A DNA stretch of 63,103 nucleotides, counting the filler, from Polymyxa betae A26-41 (taxonomy: Eukaryota; Protista; Endomyxa: Phytomyxea), in NCBI GenBank assembly GCA_003693705.1. It is 4 parts of 4 records of this genome, joined end to end, with 100 filler letters (N's around TTAATTAATTAA, not from the genome) between each part and the next. Parts side by side here need not be neighbours in the genome. Positions count along the whole stretch, not along the records: positions 1 to 14,862 come from RBZT01000283.1; 3 more parts are not named here. One strand, written 5' to 3'. Each line of letters opens with the position of its first letter. Position 1 is the first letter of the stretch. The position numbers and the translations under genes are program-made. The notes under the pieces were generated by a model that was not told where the DNA came from, did no database searches, and saw only the letters and a list, made by a program, of their open reading frames with translations. This document shows, piece by piece, positions 1-13,284 of this stretch.

Positions 1-1947
1 GCCACTTGGTTTTGTTGGCCATCAGTTCAATCGTTCAGAGCTTAATTGGGCTATCATTGATAAAGAAGCTTTTGCAATTGTAGATACATTGCGAAAATTG
101 GCATATTTGTTACATATGCCACGACCTTTTAAGTTATACTCTGATCATCGTAATCTGATCATGATGTACAATCCGCAGAAGTGCTCCAAACAGTCGTGTG
201 AGCGATTGATTAGATGGGGACTTGAACTTCGTCAGTTCACTTTTACGATTCACCATATAGCCGGTGAAGAAAATGTTTGGGCAGACTTGCTCTCACGATG
301 GGGTGCTGTTAACGAAAAAGCTCTCACCCAATTCGGTCTCAGGGCAATAACAGTTATTCCTGCAAGTCATGTCTGTAATTCCTCTCCAGTTGACGATCCT
401 ATGGCAAAATTTAGGGTTCAACCACCGGCGCCTGAGAAATTTGTCTGGCCAGACATCTCGGAAATTGCGAATGAACAAAGTGCTCATATGACTAATTGTA
501 AATTGTCTATGAATGATGATAACTTGTTCATTGATGAACGCAAACGTGTGGTGATTCCAGTAGAGAGCAGGGAGCTCTGTGTCCGTCTGTGTGTGATTGC
601 TCATGCAGGACTGAATAGTGGCCATATTGGATATAACGCTGCATTGAAATTACTGCAGCACTGGGTCCATTGGAAAGGAATGGAGGCTGATTTGAAAAAT
701 GTGTGTAACTCTTGTTTACATTGCCTCCCGACAAGAAGTGGATTTAAAAAGCCCTGACCCCTAGGTGAGGCTTGTCATGGGACTCGACCTAATCAAGTTA
801 TCCACTTTGATTATCTGTATATAATGTCAAGAGCAAAAGGCTCTTATCACGATTTTGAATGGATATTCATTATGAGCGACGATCTTTCGGGCCTTGTAAA
901 ACTGACTCCAGCAGTTGTGCCTGATACCATGACAACTGTAGATGCATTGTTAGAGTGGCGATCACTCTTTGGAACAACAGAATTATATGTATCTGATCAG
1001 GCATCTTACTTTGTCTCAGAAACCATGCAGCAGTTTCCTCGCAGATGCAACACGAAACAGCATTGGACAACCGCCTATGTCCATTACTCTAATGGCACAG
1101 TAGAAGCGATTTGTAAGCAAGTGCTTGCATTGATCAGAGCTCTCATTTCTGAGCTACGGTGGAACAAAGAAGATTGGCCATGGTTGGTCAAATTATTGAG
1201 CATACGCTTAATCATCGGCCCCAGCGACGATTGTTGTGGAATGCACCGGTGACTGTAATGACAGGATTACCTGCTGATAATCCATTGAATGTTGTTTTCC
1301 ATAATCCACGTAACGAAACGGGTACACTGACAACGTTGTCAGCAGAGAGGATTCAGAGTCATGTTGAAAGACTCCAACAAGCCTTGGATTCAATGCATAA
1401 ATCGGTTTTGAAGGCGACTAAACTTGAACGCGAAGTTCATCGTCTCAGCGATAAACGTGTTCGACAGAGAGCAAACTTTGGTCTAGGAGACTTTGTGCTA
1501 GTCGGAGTTGTGGATCGCCATCCCAACCAAAAGCTGTACTTAAAATGGCGAGGGCCATACAGAATTGTTGAGCTGGTAAACGGTTATGTTTTCATAGTGG
1601 AAAACATAATTACACAGGAGAGACAGCAGGTTCATGGTGACCGTCTCTGCTTTTATTGTGATTCTAAGTTGAATGTCACTGAAGAGCTAAAAACTCAGTT
1701 TGCATTTGATAATGCCAGATTTGAGATTAAAGCGATTTTGGATGTTCGCCAAAATTCTCAATCTGGAGAGCTAGAGTTGCTCATTCACTGGAAAGGATTC
1801 AGTGATCTTGAAAATTCATGGGAACCTATAGATATTATCGTGACGGATGCGCCGTCGATGGTTCGAAGGTTCTATCGTGCACATCTTCATCATCCACTTG
1901 CAGAACGTCTGCAATTGGTAATCAAGAGTGCGGGCCTGAAGGTGTAA
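1..1947 (+). mobile_element. Ty3/Gypsy chromovirus-type LTR retrotransposon, 3' part of pol (RNase H - integrase Zn finger - integrase core - chromodomain), disrupted
   Basis: ORFs 89-757, 824-1252 and 1159-1947 carry RNase H motifs (KEAFAIV, SDHRNL, NVWADLLSR), the integrase HHCC motif (H..GH...C..C), the core (YVSDQASYF, SNGTVE), a GPY motif (KWRGPY) and a chromodomain (LLIHWKGFSDLENSWEP). Premature stop at 755-757; frameshift near 1195. Confidence 0.93.
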
Positions 1948-2067
1948 GTGACTTGGAGCAGACCTTTTCCCATAACTTGCCACTTATGGTTTTTTACTGG
2001 TGCTCGGTCCCCTTCAAAATGTGTTCAAGTCTCACTACAGCCGCCTTAGTTTTCTTTGAAAACTTTT

Positions 2068-2260
2068 GGGAGGAGGAAGTGTGTAGTGCAGTAATAATTG
2101 CGAACACTTATTGCGCCCTACTGTAACTGTTATGTGACATGTTATGTTACATGAAGTCTTGGAAGGTCCCATAACGAGAATTTGCATTCCTTTTTCTATA
2201 TAAGGAGCACTAAAGCCGTGGCAATAAACAGATTACTTTTTCCATATTATTTCTTATTTG
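2068..2260 (+). repeat. Polypurine tract and start of the 3' LTR of the Gypsy element
   Basis: GGGAGGAGGAAG (2068-2079) is followed by TGTGTAGTGCA..., with TATATAA and AATAAA downstream. The LTR end is not determined; it may resume after the Harbinger insertion at about 4588-4742. Confidence 0.6.
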
Positions 2261-2396
2261 GTTGAATCTCCGATTCAAGCCACAGAGTTAGCTCATTTCA
2301 GAGCCACAAACCCTAATAAATATCTCCAGCTGTAACGATTCCCTAGCCTCGACCAAATCCAAGGTAGTCATTTACTCATAAACCAAATTAGCTCCA

Positions 2397-3242
2397 ATGG
2401 ATGCATGCAATCTTGCTAATGAAAGCACTGAAGTCGTCGTATTGGACTCTGGACTTGCTGGAACTTTTTTCCAACAGGCAAACGATTTCCAAGGAAACAG
2501 TTCAGCTGCGGCGATGATATCCTCCTGCTACAAGCCTGTAACCACAGCGCCCCGTGGGAGTCGCCTCGTGGCAACGTTATGGCTGTGTGGAAATCAAGTG
2601 CGTCTACATTGGCAGCAACGGACGCTTTCGGCGTTGAAAAGGATGGACCGGCATGCAAAACCCGGTTTGAAAGAATTCTTGGTTTATTTCAAGAAAAAAA
2701 CAAAGAGGCTCTAAGAAAGTCAGGAACAGATGAGGAATTTGTTCAAAGGGACGTTCTACTGGCCGATATCGAAGAGCGGATGCGCGACTTCAAAGAGGAC
2801 CCAGCAAGAAAGTCAAAGATTGAACAGGATAAGATCAAAGGACTGGAATCGTCAGGACTAATCCTGCGACGCAATGCAATGGGACAATGCGACAGCACCG
2901 ATGAAGAATCGTCTAATAACAGTAACTCAGATTCTGATGAAGAGAATGCGCAGTCGTTGATCTCTAAAAAAAAACATGCGTGCTGCTGGTAAAAAGACAC
3001 CAGTATCAACCAAATCAAGACGAAAACGCAAACTCACCAGCAAAGACAAGCTGGATGGTTTGCTGTCAGCAATTAAGGACGGCATCAGCCAGAAGTCAGA
3101 AACCGAACAGAATAAGATGGCTTTGATGGAGCGCCGGCTAGCGTTTGAAGAAAAGCAGGCAGCTCGACGTGATGAGGAATCGCAACGTCGCGATTCTCAG
3201 TTCCAGTTGTTACTGGAACGTTTATTGGGACGTGACTTATAA
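2397..3242 (+). pseudogene. Myb/SANT-like partner protein of a PIF/Harbinger transposon (frameshifted)
   Basis: Overlapping ORFs 2397/2579/2976 give APWES-RGNVMAVWK...ACKTRFERIL...RKSGTDEEF plus a coiled-coil tail. Convergent with a DDE_Tnp_4-type transposase, the canonical Harbinger layout. Confidence 0.72.
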
Positions 3243-3318
3243 ATAATTAATAATAGTCAGAGAAATCTGCTAACCAACCACAAACCATCAAATTGGTTTA
3301 ATAAATTTTTGTAAATTA

Positions 3319-4464
3319 CTAATCAAGATTAAGGTATTGGCTCAAACTTGGTGGAGGGGTTTCGAAATACATGCTAATCTGATTGCCCTGTGGCTGTAGG
3401 CAGCAATGACAGTTTGTCAATAATGTCCTTAGCAACTGGAATTTGGCGCACTTTCTGACGCTTGTCAAATTGCAAGGACGACCATAAATTTTTCAAACGT
3501 CCAAAACTCCACTCAACGCTCTCACGAACTGAGCTCATGGCAGAGTTAAATGATGCCTCGGGTGATCCAGGCTCAGCCATCATAAATGGACAGCATATGT
3601 AGTCCGAACAGCTATAGGCAGGATCTCCATAGATTAGCTTGCCGTCGAAAATTTCGGAAGGATGACTCCGTAACTTCGGGACAATGCCACTCATCGCTAA
3701 CAGCGTCGAATCATGCCGTCTGCCCTCGATGGGACCGAACATACTGATTATGATGCCATCGGGGTGGTGATACCCTGCCAGTTTAAACAGTGTCGGCGAG
3801 TGTGCCCACTGAAAACTGATCGCTGGAGATTTTCATAAGGTCCTGAATATCGTCTCGCTGAAGGCCGTGCGATATTCTGCTTGGTACCGTCTATGAAAGC
3901 CCAGCAACTGTGGAGTGGAGCGCCCTGCCTGAAAATGGCATTGCAGTACTCATCAATCCTTTGCGTCGCTAAATACTCATTGAAGAATAGGAGATCGCGA
4001 TGCGTTTCGTATGAAATGTTGACGGTAGCATCGATGACTCTTGAACATGCCCAGGGAGACCTACCGAACTCGTTTGCGACAGTAAACAGACGGCTAGGCT
4101 CCGCCAGACGGCGGCATACCAATGCTAAAGATTCTAATGCAGGGACAGCGTCCTGTGCGCTAGTAATAATGACGTTCGGCAACCGCAGAGCGACTGTCAA
4201 CTGCCGAAGTTCTGGAATAGTGAACCTGAACATGTGCCTAGCGGTAACATCGTCTAAATCTTCGTTGAAATAGTTTCTGTAGTTAATCATAGTTGGATTA
4301 CGATGACGTAATCGCAAGTAGCCGTGCTGCAAAATGTAGTTCATGATGTCGAGGAACTCGGATATATCGGAACCGGTAGCAGCGAATATTGAGATAATAA
4401 ATAGGATTGCCTCCTTTTCCGACATCGCGGGCAACATGAAATCGTACGAGGATAGAGGTACCAA
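3319..4464 (-). pseudogene. PIF/Harbinger (DDE_Tnp_4 / HARBI1-like) transposase, frameshifted
   Basis: Motifs WAFIDGT, GRRHDS, IYGDPAY and FNSAMSSVRESVEWSFGRLKNLW are spread over ORFs 3748-4464 and 3374-3742; a tail NQISMYFETPPPSL..YL ends at 3319. Confidence 0.92.
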
Positions 4465-4899
4465 TAGCGAAACTGAAACTCAAAGCCATCCAGTCACCGA
4501 ATTCTCGTTTTATTACCGTGTTTCAGTCATTGTGACGGGGTGAAAACTCAAACTCAAATTTGAAACAAGTCGTTCCGAATTGTCTCTATTATTATTCTTC
4601 TTCTTGTTTTGTTCTACTCAAAAGACTCTTCTCGTCTAGACTTTCTAGCGTTTACGGAAGTCTTCTCAAAACATAATACACAATCTTATATAAGATCATA
4701 TACAAAATCATCATGCTGTACTGCCCAACATAGCACTTTACAGCCTAAACTTTATCTCTCAGATACAGCTGGGTTTATACTATATGGTTGCAGTGCATTT
4801 ACTGAGTAATTCGTTCAAAGATGAAGGGACATACTGCACTGAATTTGGTATCAAACAGTTCCTGTTGTGAAAGAGTATCACAATAAGAGCACATTCTTT

Positions 4900-5604
4900 G
4901 CCAGCCTTGATATCTCCAATTGATGTCGCTAAACATCTTCGTAATTTTTTTGAATCAACCATCGCAATTGAATCGATTCATGACCTCATCCCAAAAATTT
5001 TCACGTTTGAGTAGGTATACTTGAGTCTTATAATCGAATTCATCCAAACTGGCATCAAATTGGTCGAAATTAGTAGCAGAGACCCTATCGCCTTACATAG
5101 GATTCCATGTAAAATCTTCCTCTTGTACAGCCCAAAAGATTACTTTCCAACACAGATCAAGATCGAATCTATAATGAATCGCCATCTTCAACATAGGAAA
5201 ACTCGGCTCCAAATCTCGCTCTGCTTCTCTGCAGAATCTCTCGAAATTTGCACATAAATACCGATCACTTAATCGCAGAACCCGTTCTATCGTGGCTTGG
5301 TCGTACTGGCGCTTTTCATATGGATAGGCCCACGTCAGAATTGACTCGGCGATTGGTCATGGATCACGACCGGGGCAGTATTCCCACCGGTATCCGGTCG
5401 ATTTTCATTCCACACGGATCCGCTCTTGAACATATTCTGGAAGAACTTCGAGGACATTGATAAGATGATTTTATGAACGCGGAATTGTAGGACAGGTTCG
5501 ATATCATCCGGAGCATGAACTTCTATGATCACATCACCATCTTCATACCAATGTGACCTATTCGGTAGTGCTGCGTCAACTGATGTAACACCATCAGCTG
5601 ACAT
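4900..5604 (-). pseudogene. Divergent BTB/POZ-domain gene, disrupted
   Basis: WYEDGDVIIEV...FRVHKIILSMSSKFFQNMF (ORF 5335-5604). Other frames continue with SDRYLC...MAIHYRFDLDLCWKVIFWAV, an intron donor, and LDEFDYKTQVYLL, all aligning with the + strand paralogs. Internal stops present. Confidence 0.75.
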
Positions 5605-6365
5605 GGAGGTATCATTAACCTTATGATACGTTCATGGATCTCGGACCAGGATCACACAGATGGCGCTATATTCATTCATGTTTTTTAGGACCCGGATTTG
5701 ATAGAGCTCTTCCATCGGGACGATCAACGACTTCCAGGCACGGGATCTCAATGTATCTTTATGCTGCGAACTCACTCTGATCATTATGAGTGCATGGAGC
5801 TTGCTGAGCTGTGCTCAAACGTTGCCATGAACTTAGAGCCCACTAGGGAGCTATTGGACCTGGGTTTATATTATGGGTTTGGTGTATCATGAGAGGCAAA
5901 CCCTTACCCAAACGCAAAACCCTAAAACCCTAAGAATGAATATTTCTGATTATCATATTTGCTGCAATACAGAGTGTGTTTGAATCCGCTCATCTTTTGT
6001 TCTTGTCTGTCTCCTAATCCGTGTTCCGACACATTGTCGTAGACAGAATTTCCGCCCAAAACCCTTTAGGCTTGCTGGGGCTGTTGTCCTCCCTCCTGAC
6101 TGTTGTGGATCTACAAAAAACACAAACCCTAGTCCCTAGAATTGCAATAGAGGCGGCCTCGGCAATGCTGTCTATGAATAGTTTTAAAGGAATTATTCTG
6201 CCAGCAACTCGGGTGCAAAATTGCAGATAAAATTTGGGGAATATTCAGGCATTTCTGTTAGTTCTGGCTGTTGCATTATTCAATGATTTCAGTGGTAATG
6301 GGAGATCGAAATCGCTGAATTTGAGCTCCGAGAAGGCCCATTGTCATCTCATATTTTACCAACAA

Positions 6366-7253
6366 ATGTCGAGTCCAGAATCTGATCATGGAGATTCTGT
6401 GACAAAACAGAGACCTTATTGGAACGAAGACGGCGATGTGATTATCGAGATCTGCCCTTCAGATGATTCCGAGTCCGCTGAAAGATTTCGACTTCATAAA
6501 GCCATCCTGTCAGTTTGTTCCGAATTCTTCCATAATATGTTCAAAGATGGAGCGAGCTGGGCAGAGAACGCCGCTCAGGATGCGAAAGGGCGTTTAGATA
6601 GTCCAGATGAAGTTCGGATTCAAGATGAATATCCGAGCAGGTTCCGATTATTGGTGGACTGGACGTACCCATTTCAAGGACGGGATCTCGATGTTTCGAA
6701 ATGCGCCAAACTCATATATTTGAGTGATCGTTATATCTGCAAAGATCTCGCTATGCTCTGCTCTAATCTTGCCATGAATATAGAGCCCAGTATGGATCTA
6801 CTTCACCTGGCCTTACATTATCAGTTCGACATCAACCTATGCAGGAAATTGATTTTCTGGGCTATAAAGCAGCCAGATTTCATCTTCTGGGACAGGTATT
6901 ATTCTTAAACAATGTTTTGGTGTAAGTTCGCTCTATACCTGGACATTGACGTTGAATTCTGCAGGCTTCTCGAATTTGATTCTGAAACGCAGAATTATCT
7001 GATACGGCTGGGTGCTGTTTGGTATTTGCTTCCAAAGCAGGAATCATCCAGCACTTATTGTAAATCTTGTTTAAAAAATCTGGAACAGGCAGTAGTAAAC
7101 GGTCAATGGGATAGTTCGTCCTATAGTTGCATCTATCACTATGATTCTCGTGAAATTATGTCCAAATTACGCAATCTCTGTCCATTCAACTTCGAGAGAA
7201 TATCCCCACGTCAATCTGCACCAGTCCATCCGGCCCTGTCCAATCCATCATGA
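6366..7253 (+). CDS. BTB/POZ-domain protein, copy A (2 exons, intron 6896-6964)
   Basis: DGDVIIEI...FRLHKAILSVCSEFFHNMF BTB signature. Splicing GACAG|GTATT...CTGCAG|GCTT joins ...WDR to LLEFDSETQNYL...; exon 2 has a CxxC...C..H...C motif. Confidence 0.85.
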
Positions 7254-8509
7254 TATCTATCGGGAACCAACAACGCTGACTCGGAATCAAGCATTCAAAG
7301 TCCGTGTTTTGTAATGGTTTTCTTACAGAAAATGACCACTCAACTTTGGAGTCTGCCATAGACAATCAAAGCAATAGATTTTATTCATAAACGCACTTGA
7401 TGGTCGACATTGTGGACTCTGAATTCCTCAAGATCATTGATTTTGACGTTAATCGGCCTTACAATTGCGCAATCAATGGAGAAGTTGACCTTAGACAATG
7501 TAATTTCGTCGATTATTGTTGTATGTATGATGGAGAATCTCATGCTCTAATCTGCAAGAAATTCCGAGTCCGAGCAACAGTATCGTCCGACCCCATATTC
7601 CAGCATGCATACTCTTCGGAGATTCATTTCAGCTGTATGTAGTACAGATGAATGCCGTACTAACAGTTGACCATCATGTCCAGATATCTCATCTGTATGA
7701 TGAAGGAGATGTGATCGTGTCAGTTACAGTTGAGCAGTGATACAGAGGTCTGTCCCTGTGCTCCGGCTACATTCGGGAACTTTGCCGAGCGACCGCCTCT
7801 GACGTTACTGCGATCAAAGTTTTCATTGGGTTTATGCTACACCCCAGGAACCCAAACGCGCTTCTGTTTTCGTTCACACAGAAAGCTAACGTTACACTCT
7901 ATTGTATACAATCGAGGCTGAAAGTTTGACTGCTGTCCGATATAACTGTGATTATGATGGCGTCGAAACAGATCATCATTCTAAGGGTCAATCTGGATAT
8001 TTAGGAGAGAGATACTCATGAGAATTGCCCATTCCGAATCTCTCGGATTTCTCAATCAACATTTCTTCAATACATAAAGGTTCTTCTCTTTCGATCAAAA
8101 CAGTGCATTGTTGCTGACGGAATTTCCGCCCAAAACCCTAACAGCTTGATGAGACTGTTTCCCTCCTGACTGTTGTGGACCTACTCAAAACACAAACCCT
8201 AGTACCTAGAATTGCAATAAAGGCGGCCTCAGCAATCGATGAATTGTTTTTAGAGGAGTTATTCTGCAGCAACTCGGTTGCAAAATCACCGATAAAATTT
8301 GGGGGAATTTTCAGGCATTTCTGGCTGTAGCAAAAGGGCCTGGGCAGCGCACGTGATCAAGGGCCTGATCGACGGCACGAGATCGATGATGTAACGTGAC
8401 ATTTCGTCACGTGATCATGTCTGGGTCAGAAGAATCTTCACACTGTGCCAATTGGAGATCGAAATCGCTGAATTTGAGCTCCGGATGGTCATCTCATATT
8501 AGCCAACAA

Positions 8510-9399
8510 ATGTCGATTTCAGAATCTGATCATGGAGATTCTGTGACAAAACAGAGACCTTATTGGAACGAAGACGGCGATGTGATTATCGAGATCTGCC
8601 CTTCAGATGATTCCGAGTCCGCTGAAAGATTTCGACTTCATAAAGCCATCCTGTCAGTTTGTTCCGAATTCTTCCATAATATGTTCAAAGATGGAGCGAG
8701 CTGGGCAGAGAACGCCGCTCAGGATGCGAAAGGGCGTTTTGATATTCCAGCTGAAGTTCGGATTCAAGATGAATATCCGAGCAGGTTCCGATTATTGGTG
8801 GACTGGGCGTACCCATTTCAAGGACGGGATATCGATGATTCGAAATGCGTCAAACTCATGTATTTGAGTGATCGTTATATCTGCAAAGATCTCGCTATGC
8901 TCTGCTCTAATCTTGCCATGAATATAGAGCCCAGTATGGATCTACTTGACTTGGCGTTACGATATCGTTTCGACATCAATCTATGCAGGAAATGGATCTT
9001 CTGGGCTATAAAGCAGCCAGATTTCATCTTCTGCGATAGGTATTATTGTTATGTTTTCGTATAACGTTAGTTCTAGATTCCGACATTGACTCTGAATTCT
9101 GCAGGCTGCTCGAATTTGAGACTGAATCGCAGAATTATCTGTTACGTCTGGGTGCTGTTTGGTATTTACTTCCAAAGCTGGGATTAACCAACACTTTTTG
9201 TCAAGGTTGTATAGATTTTCTGGAGCAGGGTATAGTGAACGATAATTGGGACAGAGCTGATCAGTTGTATATTTGCAATTCTCACTATGATTCTCTTGGA
9301 ATTGTGCCAAAATTACGCAAGCTCTGTCCATTCAACTTCGAGCGAATATCCCCACGTCAATCTGCAACTGTCTATCAGGCCCTGTCCGACACACCATGA
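8510..9399 (+). CDS. BTB/POZ-domain protein, copy B (intron 9040-9104)
   Basis: Exon 1 is near-identical to copy A; same intron position; exon 2 is open to the stop at 9399. Confidence 0.85.
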
Positions 9400-10165
9400 T
9401 AGCAATCGGGGAACCAGAGACGCTGACTCGGCATCAAGCATTCAAGGTCCATATGTTTGGAATGGTTTCTTTACAGTAAATAACCAATAAACTTTGGGGT
9501 CTGCCATAAACAATTAAAGCATTATTTATATGTTTCTTCATAAAACCTCCGACTTCATGCAATGCTGATTATATGGGTCATGCGAAACTTGATGGTCGAC
9601 AATGTGGACGTTTTAGTTCATCAAGTTTATTGAAGTTGTCGATTGTTCAATGGAATTCAGACTCTGAACAATATGCTTTCTTGCCTTTATCGTCCGACCT
9701 CATATTCCAACATACTCTTATACTCTTCAGAGATTCAGATCAGCTGCCTGTAGTAAAGAGGAATGGATTGGATTGGATTTATCTAGATGTTACACCCATA
9801 TAATGGATAACACAGAAATTACGCCTTCTTGGACAGGGTGACCTTGATGGGACTCAGTCACTGAGGCGCCTGACCATGTCGAAATGCAGTTCAACCATCA
9901 GGGGAGCTTGCTCACAGCTTGCGTTTCGCCCAAATTCAGGCAACCTTTTATGAAGGTTTTGCCAATGTCCAACGGCCTCTAAGAGCACTTGTGGAAGTTA
10001 GTATAGACCCCCCAATGTGAATGCGTCTAGCTACAGTAAATTCTCCTAATAGTCGAGGGCAGAAAATGTCCTGAAAATTGCGCGCAGCCCTAAGCAACAA
10101 CCGAGAAAGGGTTTCTGTCTGTCGACGGATGCGCAGCCTTCCATCCTTCGACGGACAGAATTGTT

Positions 10166-10619
10166 GGTATGGTGCCCACTATCTTAAACCGCCAACTTTT
10201 GATAGAGAGGAAAGCTCAGCCCGATAAAATCCTCAATGAGATTCACAATGGGGTAAATACAGCATATTTTGTCAGATCGCATCAATCCGAGCTCAAAAAT
10301 ACTACGATTTCTTTGTGAAAATAAATACTCATGAAGTTATCGCTGTTTTTCGAGATATGGGAACGGAAATTTTTGGACTAGCCCTATCGCGCAGTGAGCG
10401 CACAAAATACTTTAACGGGCTTTTTTATTTGCGCAGTCAGAAAAGTAATACTCCGTCTGCTCCGTTGCTAGAATCCTTATATTTTATCCTTTTCGCCTCC
10501 GAAAAACGCAAAAATCTTGGGCATTTTGAGCCAAATTCCGAAAAACTGCGTACGGACTTTTGGATTCTGAATTGGACTTTACATCAAAGTTGGCGGTTTA
10601 AGACAGTGGGCACCATACC
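10166..10619. mobile_element. MITE / non-autonomous DNA transposon with about 38-bp TIRs
   Basis: Left end GGTATGGTGCCCACTATCTTAAACCGCCAACTTTTGAT versus right end ATCAAAGTTGGCGGTTTAAGACAGTGGGCACCATACC (reverse complements with one mismatch and one indel); non-coding interior. Confidence 0.8.
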
Positions 10620-11214
10620 GTAGGTTCGATATCATCCATGTGGATGTTTATTCAGCGTTCAAGGTTTCATGGCGTTTATGTTACACGTTAGGAGACCAAA
10701 CGCTTTTCTGCTGTTTTCGTTACACAGAATGCTAACGTTACAACGTTCAAAGTTCTCATTGGGTTTTGTTACACGCCAGGAACAAAAACGCGCTTCTGTT
10801 TTCGTTACATATACGGCTAACGTTACAATCGGGATAGCATATATAGCCCCACATGTATGTGACTGCAGTGTTGACCTGTGCTGTGTAGTGTAATGCGCTG
10901 TGAACAGGAATACGGTTAGTCAAAAACCGGAAGATCCTTCCGCCGATGAGAGACAAAGTATCATCCGATCATGCGTGACCTCGAGGCCTGTACGCACCCC
11001 GGTACCGAGACAACGTTATTAAGGTGAATTTCCTGGACAGCTTTGAATCATCTCGAATATTTCCGGAAAGTCAAAACTAGCATCCAATTTTTGTGCGAGT
11101 CTGCGCAGTTTTCCAGACGCGCGCGTCTAGAAAAATTTTCCGGCCAATGTCTGCTATTTCCAAGAAAGATCCGCGATCCGTGACGAAATTAGGGCTCTCC
11201 AAACAGAGGATCTG

Positions 11215-11575
11215 TATATTCCAAGAGATCTGAAGGAAATGAAACACTGTGAACAGAAATCCGAATGGGAGAAAGCTTCATTCGAAGAGCTGGAAGGACT
11301 AAAAAACATGGGTGTTTTCGATACTGTAAAACGAGAAGACGTTCATAGAAAAGTCCTGTTATTTACAATCGCTAATGGAGGAATTCCAAATCTGAAAGCC
11401 TATTGTGACGCAAGATACGGACAAGATGACTGTGCGAATTCACGTACCGGTTACTTAATAGATTTCGGTGTTTATGATCCCATTACCTGGTCATCACATT
11501 AACCAGTTATTGGTGCGTTGTCTCCTGCGGAGCGGAATACGAAGCGGTACCAGAATGCGTGACGGACTTAATGTG
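11215..11575 (+). mobile_element. Ty1/Copia RT-start fused to an RNase H remnant (internally deleted)
   Basis: EWEKASFEELEGLKNMGVF is followed almost directly by LKAYCDARYGQD...SRTGYL...PITWSS and ALSPAE. Confidence 0.7.
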
Positions 11576-11943
11576 ATCAGGATCGCTGTGATGGGATATT
11601 TGGCCCGAGACAGCGAAACGTCGCCATGAGGTGAGTGGCGTGAGCTCAGCCTTGTAGACTTGTCAGCGTTCACCCTATCTCAAGGTCTACAATCGATAGA
11701 CACGTTACAAAGATAGAAAGAGTGCTCAATAAATAGGGTTGCTAAAGGTTTCGACAGGGAAAAATGAACTCTCCTAGTCTTCACAGTTATAACTGCGGAT
11801 GAGAGGGCCAACAGCCACGGCGCCGCCCAAATCCGACTGATTCGCTATAGCGACACAAGTGACAGTGTAAGATGAGTCGGCCACCAACACACGCTGAATT
11901 TGAGCACCGAGAAGGATCATTGTCATCTCTTACTCTGTCACAG

Positions 11944-12838
11944 ATGTCGAGTCAAGAATCTGATCATGGAGATTCTGTGAGAAAACAGAGACCCTATTGG
12001 AACGAGGACGGAGATGTTATTATCGAGATCTGCCCTTCAGATGATTCCGAGTCCGCTGAAAGATTTCGACTTCATAAAGCCATCCTGTCAATTTGTTCCG
12101 AATTCTTCCATAATATGTTCAAAGATGGAGCGAGCTGGGCAGAGAACGCCGCTCAGGATGCGAAAGGGCGTTTTGATATTCCAGCTGAAGTTCGGATTCA
12201 AAACGAATATCCGAGCAGGTTCCGATTATTGGTGGACTGGACGTACCCATTTCAAGGACGGGATATCGATGATTCGAAATGCGCCAAACTCATGTATTTG
12301 AGTGATCGTTATATCTGCAAAGATCTCGCTATGCTCTGCTCTAATCTTGCCATGAATATAGAGCCCAGTATGGATCTACTTCACCTGGCCTTACATTATC
12401 AGTTCGACATCAACCTATGCAAGAAATTGATCTTCTGGGCTATAAAGCAGCCAGATTTCATCTTCTGGGACAGGTAATATTGTTGTAATATGGTTTCGTG
12501 AAAAGTCCGTTCTAGATCTGGACAATGACGCTGAATTTTGCAGGCTGCTCGAATTTGAGAGTGAAGCGCAGAATTATCTGTTACGACTGGGTGCTGTTTG
12601 GTGTTTGGTTCCAAAGCTGGGGGAATCCAGCACTTATTGTAAAGCTTGTCTAGATTCTATGGAACAGCGTATAGTGAACGGTAATTGGGTCAGAACTCAT
12701 CAGTCCTATATTTGCAGCTCTCACTATGATTCTCTTGGAATCTTGCCAAAATTACGCAAGCTCTGTCCATTCAACTTCGAGCGAATATCCCCAAGTCAAT
12801 CTGCAACTGTGCATCCGATCCTGTCCAACCCATCTTGA
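11944..12838 (+). CDS. BTB/POZ-domain protein, copy C (intron 12474-12543)
   Basis: Exon 1 is near-identical to copies A and B; CAG|GTAAT...TTTTGCAG|GCTG splicing keeps the frame to the stop at 12838. Confidence 0.85.
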
Positions 12839-13284
12839 TAGCAATCGGGGAACCCAACGACGCTGACACGACATCATGCATTCAATGTCCGTATGTTTGA
12901 ATTAATTGCATTTTACAGTAAAAACCACTAAATTTCGGGGGGCCTGTGATAGACAATCGCAGCAGTAGACTGTATTCATAGAACCAACGATGTAATGCTG
13001 ATTATGGAGGCGGGAGAAACTTGAAGGTCGACACTATTGACTTTTTAGTGGAATTTATCAAGACAATTGATGTTGGAGTCAATCGGTTTTACAATTGAGC
13101 AATCAATGGAGAATTTGACGATTGATTAATATGAAATTTTTCGTGTTCTATCATCTGCCAGTAATTCAGACATCGAACAACATTCTGTCTTGCCTTTATC
13201 GTCCGACCTCATATTCCAACATACTCTTCGGAGATTCATTTCAGCTGTATGTAGTACAGATGGATGCGTACTAACAGTGAAAAT

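Noticed and set aside
2260-4590. TIR pair for the Harbinger element
   Set aside because: A plausible right end (..TTCCGAATTGTCTC) has no matching left end, so boundaries were not called.
11587-11756. Possible solo LTR (TG...CA)
   Set aside because: No target-site duplication, second copy, PBS or PPT support in the window.
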